A stretch of DNA of 64,000 nucleotides. Source: the human T2T-CHM13v2.0 reference genome, Homo sapiens. This document shows positions 46,260 through 60,417 of the stretch, one piece after another. Below the pieces are notes generated by a model. That model saw only the letters and a program-made list of their open reading frames with translations, did no database searches and was not told the DNA's origin. Made by a program: the position numbers and the translations under genes. The stretch lies in the NCBI RefSeq assembly GCF_009914755.1, contig NC_060926.1; one strand, given 5' to 3'. Within the stretch, counting starts at the first letter, position 1; each line of letters begins with the position of its first letter.

Positions 46260-46760
46260 AGTAGTAAGAGATGAGGGTTTTAAAAACCATGACATTCTGG
46301 AAGACAATTTGCCAGTATCTACCCAAATTACAAATGTATATACCCTTTGACCTTGCATTTCCAGTTTGAAAAAGCTAAACACATGCAAAATGACACATAC
46401 ACAAGAATAATTAATGAAGCAATTGTTTGTAATTGCAAACATTTGGAAACACCTAGATGTCCAACAAGGGACAGGTTAAATAAATTATAGTATATCCTAC
46501 CCAGTAGTACATTAGGTAGTAACAAAAAGGAATGAGGAAATCATGTACAGATGTGGAAATATAATCAGTGGAAAAAAAGCAAGACAAAGAACTGCACAGT
46601 ACATTACCTTTTGGAGTTAAAATGAATAAATACTAAGACTGTGTGTTCATATTTGAGCAGATAAACAACATGTGAAGAACAATTTCAAAAAGGTGATCCT
46701 GACAGTGGTTAGGCAGGTTGAATTTTCAAAGCACTTCTTTTTTTATAACCTCTAGTTTTT
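46260..46760 (+). mobile_element. L1ME-type fragment
   Basis: ttctggaagacaatttgccagtatct...taccctttgacc...ttgtttgtaattgcaaacatttggaaacacctagatgtcca. Confidence 0.7.
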
Positions 46761-47525
46761 GCCTGAAAGTTTGTTAGTATGAGAATGAAAGAGAACTCAG
46801 TCCACCATACTCAGTCTGATGAACTTCACAGCTTCTCCACACTCTCCTCCAACCTAATCTTCACTGGGAACAAAAGGCCTGCGCTCTCTTAGGGACAAAA
46901 TAACTCAATGATCAACAAACTCAGAACAAGCTCCAGACCATGCAGGTAACTGGAAGTCATTTGATAAAATAACAAAGTCTGTAGATCAGACACAATCTGA
47001 AAGGCAGGCTCCCTTGTTTCAGGGGGCCCACTTCAGAAAATTCCCACAGTGTGATGTTATCTAATTGGCATAGGAAGAAAGGGCCTTGTGAAAGGGAGCC
47101 TGGGCTCGAAAGTCAATTTCAAATGCAAGCTCAGGCGGACAAGGTGCAGCTGTACACCCTGGAAAATTAAAGGGAAAATGTTAAATAAGCAAACACCATT
47201 TCTTAAAGAAGCTTATATCCATAGGAAATACCAATTGTGTATTTTAGAAGGATTGCATGCACATTTAATTGAGATTTTTAAAGCCAGAGTTTCAGGATTA
47301 ATAACCAAAAGGGCAAGACGTTGTGTGAAAAATGACTCCAATTCTGGGAGAAATGAAATTGGCTGTGCCCTACTGAAGGGCTATATTTATTCCAGAACTT
47401 CACTTTAGCACTGAAATTCAAGATAAGAACTCTTGTGTTCCTTAAAGAACAATGAGGGTTTCATTTAAGGCAGGGTTACCTTGCAGTCCTAGTGTACAAA
47501 CCCTGAAAACAGGAATACATCATGA

Positions 47526-47692
<167 letters not shown>

Positions 47693-48098
47693 TGACTCCA
47701 GTATGTTTTTAAAGTAATGATACTCAGTCAGGAGGCAAGATTGCAACAACTGCTTCTGTACAAATCCCTGCTCTAACACTTACCAGATGTGAGCCTCTGG
47801 ATAAATTACTTACATTTTATGCACCTCAGTTTTCTCATCTGCAATTCTGAGATATAACAGTATCTACCTTATAGGGATTCTGTGATGATTCAATGAAAAG
47901 ATATTGATCAAGCACTTGGCGCAATCTTTGACTTAGTTTAAACTTAAAAATTATTGTTATTACTTGTGTTACTGTTATAGCTATTATTCATACCTCTTCT
48001 CCTATTGGCTATATATACATATATTAAAACTAAAATTTAAAAGAACACATTATGTACTATATTAGTTACATGTGGGGTACAGCTTCAAATATAATCCA

Positions 48099-48393
48099 GG
48101 CTGGGCACAGTGGCTCATTACCTATAATCCCAGCACTTTGGGAGGCCAAGGCAGGAGGATCGCTTGAGCTCAGTAGTTGGAGAACAGCCTGGGCAACATA
48201 GAGAAACCCCATCTCTACAAAATGTACCAAAAAATTAGCTGGGCGTGGTGGTGCGCATCTGTAGTCTCAGCTACTCTGGAGACTGAGGTGGAAGGGTGGT
48301 TTGAGCCCAGGAAGTCAAGGCTGCAGTGAGCCATGTTCACACCACTGCACTCCAGCCTGGGTTACAAAGTGAGAACCTGTCTCAAAGAAAAAA
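48099..48393 (+). mobile_element. AluJ
   Basis: ggaggatcgcttgag, ttgagcccaggaagtcaaggctgcagtgagccatg. Confidence 0.92.
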
Positions 48394-49727
48394 CATTTAT
48401 GTAGGCATACATATATGTCTACATAAATACGTATGTATGTATTATGTGTATATATAGTATGTGGATATAATCTAGAACTACAGGGAATACATAATATAAA
48501 ACTCATTCAAGCAAAACTTGTTAATCAAAAAATGTTTTGAAGATTGCTATTTTTATAACAGATTAGTCTCCTGGAGAAGGGTGGTTGCTTCATGTCACGT
48601 AATTTTAAATTTAAAAAATCATCTCGGTTATTTTACAACAAACATCTACTTAGCATTAATGGCACTGCTTACAAAATACTTCCTGCTTTTAAAGTAATCA
48701 TTGGTTAACTTCATAGCTATTAAATCGAAAGTCAGAAGGTGACTGCGATTTTATCCTCAGGTGTTATTCTCAAATATTCTCAGCTTTGCTTTCTTCTGGT
48801 CCTAATTCCCATACGAATAACTTCACAACATGATGAATGGGTCTTATAAAAACCTTTAGTCTTGAATTAGAGGACTTTTCTGTAACACACCTTGATGCAG
48901 GGAAATACTTTGAAAGGTTTGGGAATTTGGAGTTTCCCAGAAGGATGTCTAACCTCACTTGTCACGTGCCTTCTTGAAAGAAGAAAATACCTCTCCTAAA
49001 AGATGTTAGGATAATTATATTTAGTGCATGACAAGCACCATTTCTGTTTGCCATCCTCTGTAAAGCACTTAAATATGGAATTAGCTCAAATATCTCTTAT
49101 CAGGGAATTGCCATCACATAAAGGAAGTCTGGACTGACTCATTATTTGACGTTAAAAATATCATTTCACATCTATTTAACTTTGTAAGACACAGACCACC
49201 CCATAAATAGCCAGCCTTTTCTCTGCTTCACAGGTACACTGAAGAGTAAAATGAAAATGCATGGGAATATGACCCAAACTCTGGGACATTATGGGAAAAT
49301 TTACTCATTTTCACATTCCCTATTAATTCACCAAGTGGTAATAGCTACTGTAACACTGTTCATAGTGACTGTGTCCTCTGACAACACATGTGAAAAATGT
49401 TTATAGTGTCCTAAACTTTGGGTAAAGAGCTCAAGAATCACTCACTTTATACGGACACCTGCTTTCGCATCACTAATGGCATTTACCGAGGAATCCAGTT
49501 AGTGATTCTCAACGTGTATGGTCAAATCATTTCCAAGCCAACCAAATTTTAAATGTTCTCATCCTAATTCCAAAACAACTGTTTCAAAAACCCTGGCAAA
49601 ATTCTACTTACTACAGAATATGTATGACATTCTAAATTGTATACTGGAACAACAAGCTTTCTAAAATGTTTTCTGGGGTTATTAAGCCTAAAGCATAACT
49701 GCTGTAATTGTGATTACCTCTATGTCA

Positions 49728-50148
<421 letters not shown>

Positions 50149-50679
50149 CGATGGGGTACTTTTGCTAATGTTCCAGAATTTCACAGACATGGAGTCCATA
50201 AAGGTCATTCCCCCCTTCAGCAGGCCTCTTGTTTGGTCTGTCATAGGTAAGAAATCTGTACTAAACTCACTAACCCTTCTCAATGAATCGATAAGCAATA
50301 TTCACGCATATTTCAATTCATCTTGCCAACACCTCATTTCTATCATATCATCAGTTTAGAAGTGCATTTTGCATAGGAACACTATCTACTTTAATTCCAA
50401 GGGAAGTACAAACCATCACACTTCATGCTTTAAGAAAAAGACAACAAAAGCTAAATTTGCTGCACTGTAAATTTAGTGTACTAGGCACTAACTTAATCCT
50501 TGTGGAGTGTCCCATTTAATAGTCGTAACAACTCAATGTGTAGGTACTGTTACCACCCTACTTTTCAGTTGAGGAAACTGAGCTTTGAAGAGGTTAGGTA
50601 CCTTGCCCTTTGTTGAACCTCTACTGAACAGAGTGTCATGACTGGAACCTTGGAAGTCTGACTCTTCATGTTGTTGCGA

Positions 50680-53160
50680 TGTAATATTCAATATATACAA
50701 ACAACATATATTTATATATGTAAGTAATGAACTGGAACAATAACACCCAACTTAAAATATTGCTACATGGCACATACCCTAGCCTCAGTCACTACCATGA
50801 ATTTTGTGTTTATCATTTACCTGCTTTTAAAAAATATCATCTCAAATGTATATCCTAAAATAGGACATCACTTAGTGTTATTTTTTAGCTTTACAAAAAT
50901 AGTATCACTCTGACTACAGTCTTCTATAGTTTGCTCTTTTTCACTCAGTATTACATTTCTGAAAGTCATCTATGCTGTTCATTTTCGCTGCTGTATGATA
51001 CTCTAATGTGTGGATAGACAGCATTTACTCATTCTCCTCTGGGCTATTTTCTTGAGTTTATACATTGTTGTTTTGAAAATTATTGCAAACATCTGCTGGC
51101 ATGGTGTGCAAAAGTTTCTCTGGATATGGATTCTCGAAGCGTAAAATTGTGGGGCTACAGGATACAGAAATAACTTTTACAGGAAGGTGCCACATTCTTG
51201 TCCAAATTGGTTGTGCCAGTTTTGCCAGTTTTCACTACTACCAGCTGTTATAAGAGATGTGACAAGTCTACATCCTGACCAAAATATGGTATTACCAGGC
51301 CTCTTAATTTTTGCTGATCAATTAGGGGTAAAATGGAACATGTTTTCTGATATACATTTTCTTAAATACTAATGATGCTGCACATCCTTTGATATAATCC
51401 TGAGCCATTCATATTTCTTCCTCAGGGAAGTACCTGTTTTTTGTGTGTTTATGTTCATTTTTCTACTGATTTGAAGAAGTTCTTTATTTCAGATGCCAAT
51501 CATTTGTTGGCTGTATGCCTTAAAAATGTCTTTTCCCAGTTTGAGGTTTGTCTTTCTATTACATTAACGGTATCCTCTGATAAACAGTTGTCCTTAATTT
51601 CAATGCGTGTCACTTTAACAGTCTTTTCTTTTATAGATAGACCCTTTGACTCTTATTTAAAAATATCTGAGCTCCAAAGCAATAGGTTTTCTTTATCTAA
51701 ACGATTTAAAGTTTTGCCTGTTACATTAAGTGTCTAATCTGTTAGGAATGAAGTTATATGTATGTATGCTGTGAGATTAAAATATTTATTTATTTTTGTT
51801 TATTTATTTTTGAAGACAAGGTCTTGCTCTGTCACCCAGGCTGCAGTGTAGTGGTACAATCAGATCTTACTGTAACCTAAAACTCCTGGACTCAAGCAAT
51901 CCTCCTTCCTCAGCCTTCCCAGTAGCTAGGACCATAAGGATATGCCACCATGCCTGGCTAATTTTTTATTTTTATTTTTTGTAGAGACGCGGTCTCGCTA
52001 TGTTGCCCAGGGTAGTTTCAAACTCCTGGCCTCAAGAGATCCTCCTGCCTTAGCCTCCCAAAGTGCTAGGACTAAAGGCATGAGTCACTGTGCCTTGCCA
52101 ATAATTATTTTTCATATAGATTGTATATCTCATCTCGGAACTATTACTTAACAGAATAGTTCCTTCTTTTTTCCACACAGATCTATAATACATCCCTGTC
52201 ATACATCAAGTTTTCCTTATACCTGAGGGTCTACTTCTGGGTTCTTTATTTGATTCCCTTTATCATTTGTCTATCCCTAATGTCACAATGTTTTATTGAG
52301 TTACACTGTATATTCTTGAGCCTAAAATCTTCAAATAAATTTTAGAATCAGCTTGTTGAGTTTCTCAAAAACCTTTGTGGAAAGTCTAATTTGGAACAGC
52401 ATTGACTCTATCAATCAATTTGGGGATAAATGGTGTCCTTCCTATATTGAGTCTTCTTATCCATGAGCAAAGTTTTTCTGTTATTTATTAGGTTTTCTTC
52501 AATGTCTTCCAATAAATTTTATACTTTTTCTGCCTAAAATTCTTATATACCTTTTGTTAGATTTATTTAATAAAAACTACAAATAATAAAAACCTGGTCT
52601 TATAGGACTACTCATCTTTCTATTTTTTCACTTGTCTCAGTTTTGGTAAGTTATATTTTTCTTAAAATTTATCCATCTTGTCTAGACATTTGGCATACAG
52701 TAATTCATAGTTCATTATAGGGTTCTAAAAATCTCTGTTGAAGCTATAATTTATTTGCAATATCCTTTTGGTTGTTGTTTGAAATTTCACTAATTTTTGT
52801 TATTCATACCTTTATCAACTTCCTTCCACTTTCTTCAGATTAAGATTGTTCTTTTCTAATTCAAGTTAGATGTTTAGCTTGTTAATTTTCATTTTCCATC
52901 TTCCTGAAAGTTATTTTAATACAGGCCCATTAAATATAAATTTTCTCAGTTTTGTTAATCTGAAAATGTCTTTTCACTATCCTCAATCTTGAAAATTTTA
53001 ACTTTTTCCCAATACTTTGAGGATATCAAGTTATTCCTCTGTTTTCAGCCACTGGTTGTTGCTACTCAGATACCTGCTGTCAGTCTAGTTATTATTACCT
53101 GATAGGTGATCTGTTTTACTTCTCTAGCTGATTTTAGGATCTTCTCTTTATTTCTGTGCT
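50680..53160 (-). mobile_element. Old L1 (L1ME-type) fragments, interrupted by an AluJ
   Basis: ttgctctttttcactcagtatt...ttttcgctgctgtat..., ttttagaatcagcttgt..., aatcaatttgggga...atattgagtcttcttatccatgagca. Boundaries approximate. Confidence 0.7.
51785..52099 (-). mobile_element. AluJ
   Basis: ggtcttgctctgtcacccagg...ctcaagcaatcctcc...gtctcgctatgttgcccagg. Confidence 0.92.
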
Positions 53161-53858
53161 GTTGATAAAATGACCCAACTTATTTTAGTTCTCACATGTA
53201 TACAGCGAGGGGAAAAATAGTCTAAAACAAGCAAAATTCATTACAAATACAGCAATTTTCTCCTTATAAATTCAAAGAAAAGTTTGCAATATCAATTTGT
53301 ATTCCACTTTTCAATTCCTCTGTACTTCCTAAGGCTCTTGGAAGCTTAAATGTGATATGCAATGTAAGAGCTTTTGCTATTCTCAATTTCCACAGAAAAA
53401 AACCTGCCCACCCTCCATCTAAATACTGATAAATATAAAAACCTCACTGGATCTTTATTGGAGGAAGCTTGAAACACATCTGGCCCAACCTCCCAGTATG
53501 GACAGAATAAGTCCCATCACAGTCATTTTACCTGACCTACAACTACTCAGCAACTATTTTGGCATACACCATGTTAAGCATTGAAGAGCGAGGACCAATT
53601 AGGATGGTCCCTGCTCTTTAACTTACAATCCATTAATTCTTATTTTTATCATCTAGTTTCAGCTTAAGCAACATTTAAAGAAAAAAAAAAAAACACTGAA
53701 CCAGGAGCCAAAAGTGGAAATCCAGATCTTAGTCACCTATTAAAAATCCATTCAATCTCTACAGAACTCAGTATCTCCTCTCTACTCCAAGAGGACAGGT
53801 TCAGAGCAGTGGTCTTCACACTGGACTCTTGGGACTCCTAAGGTTCTTCAAAAACCCC

Positions 53859-54218
53859 TCATGTGGTTTGGCTCTGCAGCCCCACTCAAATCTCATCTTG
53901 AATTGTAATCTCCACGGGTCAGCGGAGGGGGCTGGTTGGGGGTGATTGGATCATGGGGGTGGTTTCCCCCATGCTGTTCTCATGACACAGTTCTCACAAT
54001 ATCTAGTTGTTTGATTAAGTGTGTAGCTCTTCTCCCTTCTCTCTCTCTCCTGCTGCCATGTAAGATGCGTCTTGCTTCCCCTTCACCTTCCACCATGATT
54101 TTAAGTTTCCTGAGGCCTCCCCAGCCATGTGGAACTGTGAGTCAGTTAAACCTCTTTTCTTTATAAATTACCCAGTCTCAGGTAGTTCTTTATAGCAGTA
54201 TGAAAACAAACTAATACA
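53859..54218 (+). mobile_element. THE1D/MSTA-like solo LTR
   Basis: tggtttggctctg...caaatctcatcttgaattgtaatc...ctaataca; TSD ACCCC at 53854-53858 and 54219-54223. Confidence 0.92.
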
Positions 54219-54296
54219 ACCCCTATATTCAAAATTTTGAACTTCCAGTAAGATTTTTTTAATGGTTCACAGAATTTTAATACCAGCGGTTTGGAC

Positions 54297-54519
54297 CATT
54301 GTTTTACAACCTTTGTCTACCTCATGGCGCACATAGAAAATGATATTTATACAACATACTAGAATCAAATGATGAAGTGATTCACAGCAACTGGCCCCAG
54401 AATGTCATTCATCCCAGGCCTCATCCAGCTGCCCTGAGGGATCAGGGGATTACTCTCCTGGCTCACTATACCTACTCACCGTCCACCAGTGTGCTCTGGC
54501 CACTGGGTGGGAAGCTCTG
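54297..54519. mobile_element. MER112-like hAT-Charlie element
   Basis: caacctttg...catggcgcacatagaaaatgata...tgggaagctctg. Confidence 0.6.
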
Positions 54520-57500
54520 GTTGAAAGGACAAATAGGGTATCTTCCAGTTCTAGAGATCCTTTATGATTGCAGTTCCAGTCTATTTCATCTTTGCCCGGC
54601 TTCCATGATTAGAAACTCTCCTATAAAATGAGCCCTAAACTGTTTCCCAGCCCTCTTCTCCATTGTCTAAATAGAAACTCTCCACACCATTCTATGTCCA
54701 TACCAGGATATGTCAAAGGCTAATTCATCCATCTTGCCTCCTCCACAAGCTAGAATGTCACATCCCCCCCTCTATTATACATCAAAGAAAGGAGCACAAT
54801 GTCAATGGTAAATGAGTGCCACATTAATAATGCTAGTAAAGTCAGAGCTCTCTGGAGACAGATATGCCCACTTTAATAATGAATATAAGACCTGTCAAAC
54901 AATACCAAAAGAAGCCATTGTTTAAGCAGATAAATATTGCAGCTCTGTTTCACACAGTGTAACACAGCGAAGACACATGGAATATTACCAGATAAGATAC
55001 ATATTACATGCAACAACTAGGAAGGGCTGCTCCAGTGACATTCAGAGTGAAAAAAGAGAATTATAAATGACAGTGAGGTGGGCCAGTGGGCAAAGAGAGG
55101 AAAGTAGCTTGTGAAATATAGGCATTTTTGTTAAAGCTATATAATCACATGGCAGGACTACCAGATTTTTCTTTTTGTAAAGTGAACTTAGCAATATGGC
55201 TTCCTCTCCAACAAGGAGACAAGACACAGAGGCTGTCTCAGTCACTCGCACCACTCTCACTTGGCTTGCTTATTAAAAATGCAGAGTCCTGAATCCTGTC
55301 CCCAGACCTGTAGAATGTGAATGTCTGGTTAAAGGGCCCAGGTATCTCACAGTAAGTTTCAGAACCACTGAACTAGGCATGAAGCTTCTGTCAGGAAAAG
55401 GGGGACAGGCAAATATCTCTTGATAAGGTAAAGAGAAAAGCAGGAGAGACCCCATAGAAATAACATATCACAGAAAACGTCAGAGGAAGACGAGCTGATT
55501 CAGATGTCATTTATTACCAAAAATGTTTACTTTGTTCAAACAGATGCATTCATTGTAACTGTTTAAAAAATACACTCAATAGGCTAACTTTCTAATTTCA
55601 ACTTAAAAATTCATCAGTAAATTAAGAAATCAGAAATCATACAATTAAAACAAAAATAAATGGTAGAGTTCCAAGTAAGCTTCAGTAATTCAGAGTCCTT
55701 AAGGAAACTTCTAGGACTGTGTATGTTGGCAGAAGAGCAAGAACAGTTTTATCTAAAGCATGAGGTTGTAGCTGTTGGGTTATTGTGCTCTACAGAGACA
55801 GGAAGGAAGAACGAAAGAGCAGGATGAAATTCACTAACCTTAGACAATAATTTCCTTAAGAAAATAAAAGACAATTCTCACATGACATTTAAATACTTCC
55901 TTATGCTCACTTGTATAATACACAACTCCTTCCTTACAAAATGTTCCCTGACGCACAATGAGGGAAGGGAGAAGAAGGCAAAAAAAGCATTTTTAGAATC
56001 TCTGTTATAATCTGCATAAGTGTTTTACATAAACTGTCACATTTCAACTTCATAAAAACCCTTGGAGGTTGGGAAGGTGGGGAAATCGAGGCTCAGAGAA
56101 GCCATGTGATTACATGAGGTTCAAAACCAGCCCAGGGCCAGTGAGGCTGTAATCTCAAGGTTATATGTTCTTTTTAAAAACAATGCAATGGTTCAGGAAA
56201 AAAGAAAAATAGGGTTCTCAACTCTAAAAGTTATGAATGGTTAAGATCATAGGATTATGGAAACTGCAGTGCTATCCTTGAGTGTAGGCACTGGTCATGA
56301 CCAACACCTGGCACCGCATGAATGGCTGACATCGGACCTCATAACAAGCATCTACAACCAGAAGCCAGGGGATGATGAAAACGGCGTGGTCTTACTTTCA
56401 GGCAGGCAGCTGGTTCATCACTTGTTTGTTCTGGACAGAAGAGATTACAGTGACAGAGTAATGGGCAAAACACCTTGTAACACTGCACACTCGGTCTGTG
56501 TCCAAGAACAGACTGCAGAACAAAACGGCTTCAATACGTTTTACTACCAATGGCTCTCTCCTAACTAACTTTAATGGCCCCAAGAGTTCAGGACCCTAAG
56601 CTGGGATCTACATAATAGGCTCTAGGTCAATTAGCCTGAAGTACCTCGTATAATCTAATCTCTCCTAAAGTACTGAAAGTCTCAAGGTTGCAGAACCACC
56701 AGAAGATCTGGAATTCTCTCTACAAAACAGCTAACTGTAGATCTAGGAAAAAAAATGAAATAAAGTAAATGTTCATGGATAACATTCCAATGCCAAAAAT
56801 AAATAATATTAAATACCATATGCTAGGCACTGAATTAAGCATATATACGCATGCACCCATGTGCATGGGTGTATACATAAGTAATGTTCTACAGATGATG
56901 GACCTGAGACTCAGGCTGGGATTTGAAACATAACACCTCCCACTTTAAACATATGTAAGGTGATATGTGTCAATAATTATAAACCATATACTCTTTGACC
57001 AAGCAATCCTGTTCCTAGGAAATAGACTAACAAAATAGGTAACATCTATGTAATAATGCAAGTACAATGATGTTCATCCCAGTGTGGTTAACGATTTCTA
57101 AATTGGCAACAATCTAGTATTTATCAAGAAAAAATTGATTCTTAATTATAGTCATTCTTGCAGAATTTCATGCAGCCATTTGATTACGCTAATCTATGTT
57201 TGTTGACATAAAAAGATGTCCAAAGGTATATCTTAAATGAAATTGCAGGTAGATTGCAGGACAATAAATATGGCATGATTCCAACTTTGTTTTCTGGAGA
57301 AATGACTCTTTGAGCTGAAACTGAGGTCTGCTCAGGATGAGAAGAGCTGACACTTCCAGGGGGAAGAGCAACATGGACAAGGGCTATGGGCAAGTGGACA
57401 ATAGAGAACTGAGGGTGGAGAATGCAAGACAAGGCTGAAGAGCGAAGAAGGGACTAGACCATGCGAAGCACTGGAACCCCGGTTAAAGATTTTAGTTTTT

Positions 57501-58934
57501 GCCCAAGAAGAACAAGAAGCCACTGAACAGTCTCCATGTCACAGACAAGGCACTGGGGAGCTCAGCTGCCACTCAAGGTTACCCCATGAGTGGGTCGTAG
57601 AGCCAGGGCTGGCTGGAGTCTGTCTCAAGAGCCAAAGCTTGGTCTTAACCTTCAAGCATAGATTTTTATGGTCCCAGCTTCCTGACCAAGAGCTACTCCT
57701 GAGCCTTTCTCTCCTTCATCTGCCTCTCACAGCTTTCCACAAAGTCACAGAGAAAGCCCACCCCTCACCCAAAACAACTTCAACTGGCCTTTTCAATCTG
57801 GGTTAAATTAAAGGCTACTGTTTGCATTTCCCAGCTCTATGATTGCTGTGAAAGTTGTACAAGGGCGCCTTAATTTTGTATATGTCTATATGTGAAGAAC
57901 AAAATTAAAAGTCATTAGACACTCTTCTAAATCGGTATTTGAATGTGTCAGAAGTAATTCAATGGAAAGCTTAGAAAATTCTATATCAAAGTGCAACCTT
58001 AATCGAGTCCCTTGAATTTTAATTTGTTTTAGAACTACTGGATTTCAAAGTAAAAAAATATATTTTTAAAAACAAGATATTTCTGGCCTTTTAAAATAAA
58101 TAGAGCCCTGAATCTTTGTTAAGTCAATCAAGTTTGATTAGCCTAAAACAAGCAGACTCCCGACCCCCAACAATGATGTCTCAAACATATGTACCACACC
58201 CCCTGCTGGCCTCTCCACATTCCCTGTGATTGAATGACCACAACCTAAGAGGCCAGGGCAGAGGGGCAAACATTTGCCTTCCTCCCACAGATGATAGAAC
58301 CCTTCCTTTCCCCGTGATGCATAAAAGTGCCATTACTTTCCATTTCCTTCACCTTCCCTACTCCAAAACATCTTACTCATTTTAAAGACTTGCAGGATCA
58401 TGATATAAAAAGTTTAAATTATTTCTCCTAAGTGAGGAAATAAGTAAAAGGTAATCCAAAAGTGGAGCGTACTAAAACCTAATTTAAAGCTATTTTTGGA
58501 ATATCTTCCTAATTAAATGCAGCTTCAGGTAACAGGAAAACGTATGTGCATCCTGGCTCAGAGAAGAAAATGACAATAGTCAATATATGCTGAGTGGTAG
58601 GGACTACATTTTTGTTGTCAAATAATACAAAGTGCATAATTCACAATTATTACCTAATAATATCTAACCATTCCATTCTATGATCATGTGGCAAAGGTGA
58701 ATCAAGTTAATGGCTCACTCAAGACTCTCAACAAGTTGGTGCTAACAAAGTTGATTTTAAATTTAGGTTCGGCTAAACCCTGAGTCCCAGACTTCAAATA
58801 CAAGAATACAGCACCAGCTGAAAAATATCTTAACTATTCTTCTTTAAAACTAAAAGCAGATTTCCTCTACCTCCCCTTGCACTCTCACACCAGCTCCCAT
58901 GAAGACGATCCTCATCACCATCTTGCTTGCTAAA

Positions 58935-59520
58935 CTTCAATTTGAAAAATAGTTACTAATTGACCAAAATACTATGTTGGGTACTGAGAACACAGAGATA
59001 AAAGGACACCATCCATGCTCCACAAGAATTGATAGTAGGCTACAGAAGGTAAAACTAGCAGAAAGTAAGCTATAAATGACACCAAGTGCAACAACATATT
59101 TAAGCTCAAGGTAAGGAGTAGTACAGAGAACAGACTGATGAACCTCCTGGGGTGCTGGGAGGGTAGTATCAGAAAGCTTCACAGAAAAGATGCTAGGCTG
59201 GGAGAGATACAAGTGTAGGGAGAGGCCTTCATGGTGCATGTGGGGATTTCAGGAGTGTACTGGTAGAAAAGTACAATTACCAAACACATCTAATTTGGTA
59301 AAGATGTGTTGAAGGCCGAGGTGGCCCGTGGCTGAGAGAAAGCCTGGAGACATAGACCATGGGACCCTGGAGTGATCCCTTACCTCCAAGTGATGTGCAC
59401 CTCATCTTATAAGTGGCGGGAACTTGTATCTTATCCTATTAATGACAAGAAGCCATTGAGTTTTCAATCAGGGAGAAAAGACAGTACAACTATAGTAGAG
59501 TTTTGACAAGATCAAAAGGG
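58935..59520 (-). mobile_element. L2 fragments
   Basis: aaatactatgttgggtactgaga...aaagcttcacagaaaagatg...gaagccattgag..ttt..tcagggag. Confidence 0.6.
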
Positions 59521-60398
59521 CATTTACTGACAATATTTTATATTAGTTTTTCCGCAACTCTAGCCAAATTATTTTCCTTTCGGAAGAAAGGAAAGAAATG
59601 GTACACTAGGATTAGAGGGAGCTGAGAGGCTGAATAAAGGCCACCTACCGTAGGGAAGGTCAGCACCTAGTAGGTTACCAGGATGCTCGGGGAGCACTGC
59701 ATGGACAGATGGAGGAGGAGGAGGAGGCAGTCGGGAGCTTCTCTCAGCAAGTAACACGCCACTTCAGTTCCAGAAAAGCTAGCTCATGCACGCAAGCTTT
59801 TGGGAAAAGTTAGCAAATTTCCCAAAGGCAAAAAGGAAGCACATAATATGTTTGAAGACTATCCAGACCTCACAAATCTAACTGGATGTGATTTCCAGTA
59901 ACAATTAGTTTTCTACAAACTAAATTTGTAGAAACAGTATCTCTTACAATAATTTCAGAGTATGTGTCATTATTTCTAAATATCCAAAACTGGACCTCCA
60001 AGTCTGTGAAAGTTTACACAGCTCACTGTCTTTCAAGATCAATCTAAAAATAAAGACATTCTCCCTAAATGGGGATCAGCAAATTACAATTTCCAGAGTG
60101 GATCCTCTCAGCTCCCAGTCAAAGGCAACCAGAAAGGAGTCACTTTCCCAGAACATATGCTTTCAAAAAAAAAAAAAAAAAACAACAACTCAATTCACCA
60201 AATGAATTGAAAGTAACTCTGTAAGATGCTTTTCCCCCTTGCTCTTTCCTCTACCCTCACCTCTGCCTAATTCACCCCCAGTGCGAACACCAGTCAAGCC
60301 ACAGACACAGAGCAAAAGGAAAAAATCTACGGCTGCAAGGCTTTTTACAGACTGGTAAGCAATTCCTGGCCAGATTCTTAGTCAATGAACTGTTCTAA

Positions 60399-60417
60399 TA
60401 GCACCCCCTAGTGACCA
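60399..60417 (-). promoter_or_regulatory. CTCF core-motif match TGGTCACTAGGGGGTGCTA
   Basis: 16/19 identity to the canonical TGGCCACCAGGGGGCGCTA consensus, in non-repeat sequence. Confidence 0.55.

Noticed and set aside
56257-56568. 103-aa plus-strand ORF with a good ATG context in apparently unique sequence
   Set aside because: No recognisable domain or homology, antisense to STK39, and of a length expected by chance in 64 kb.
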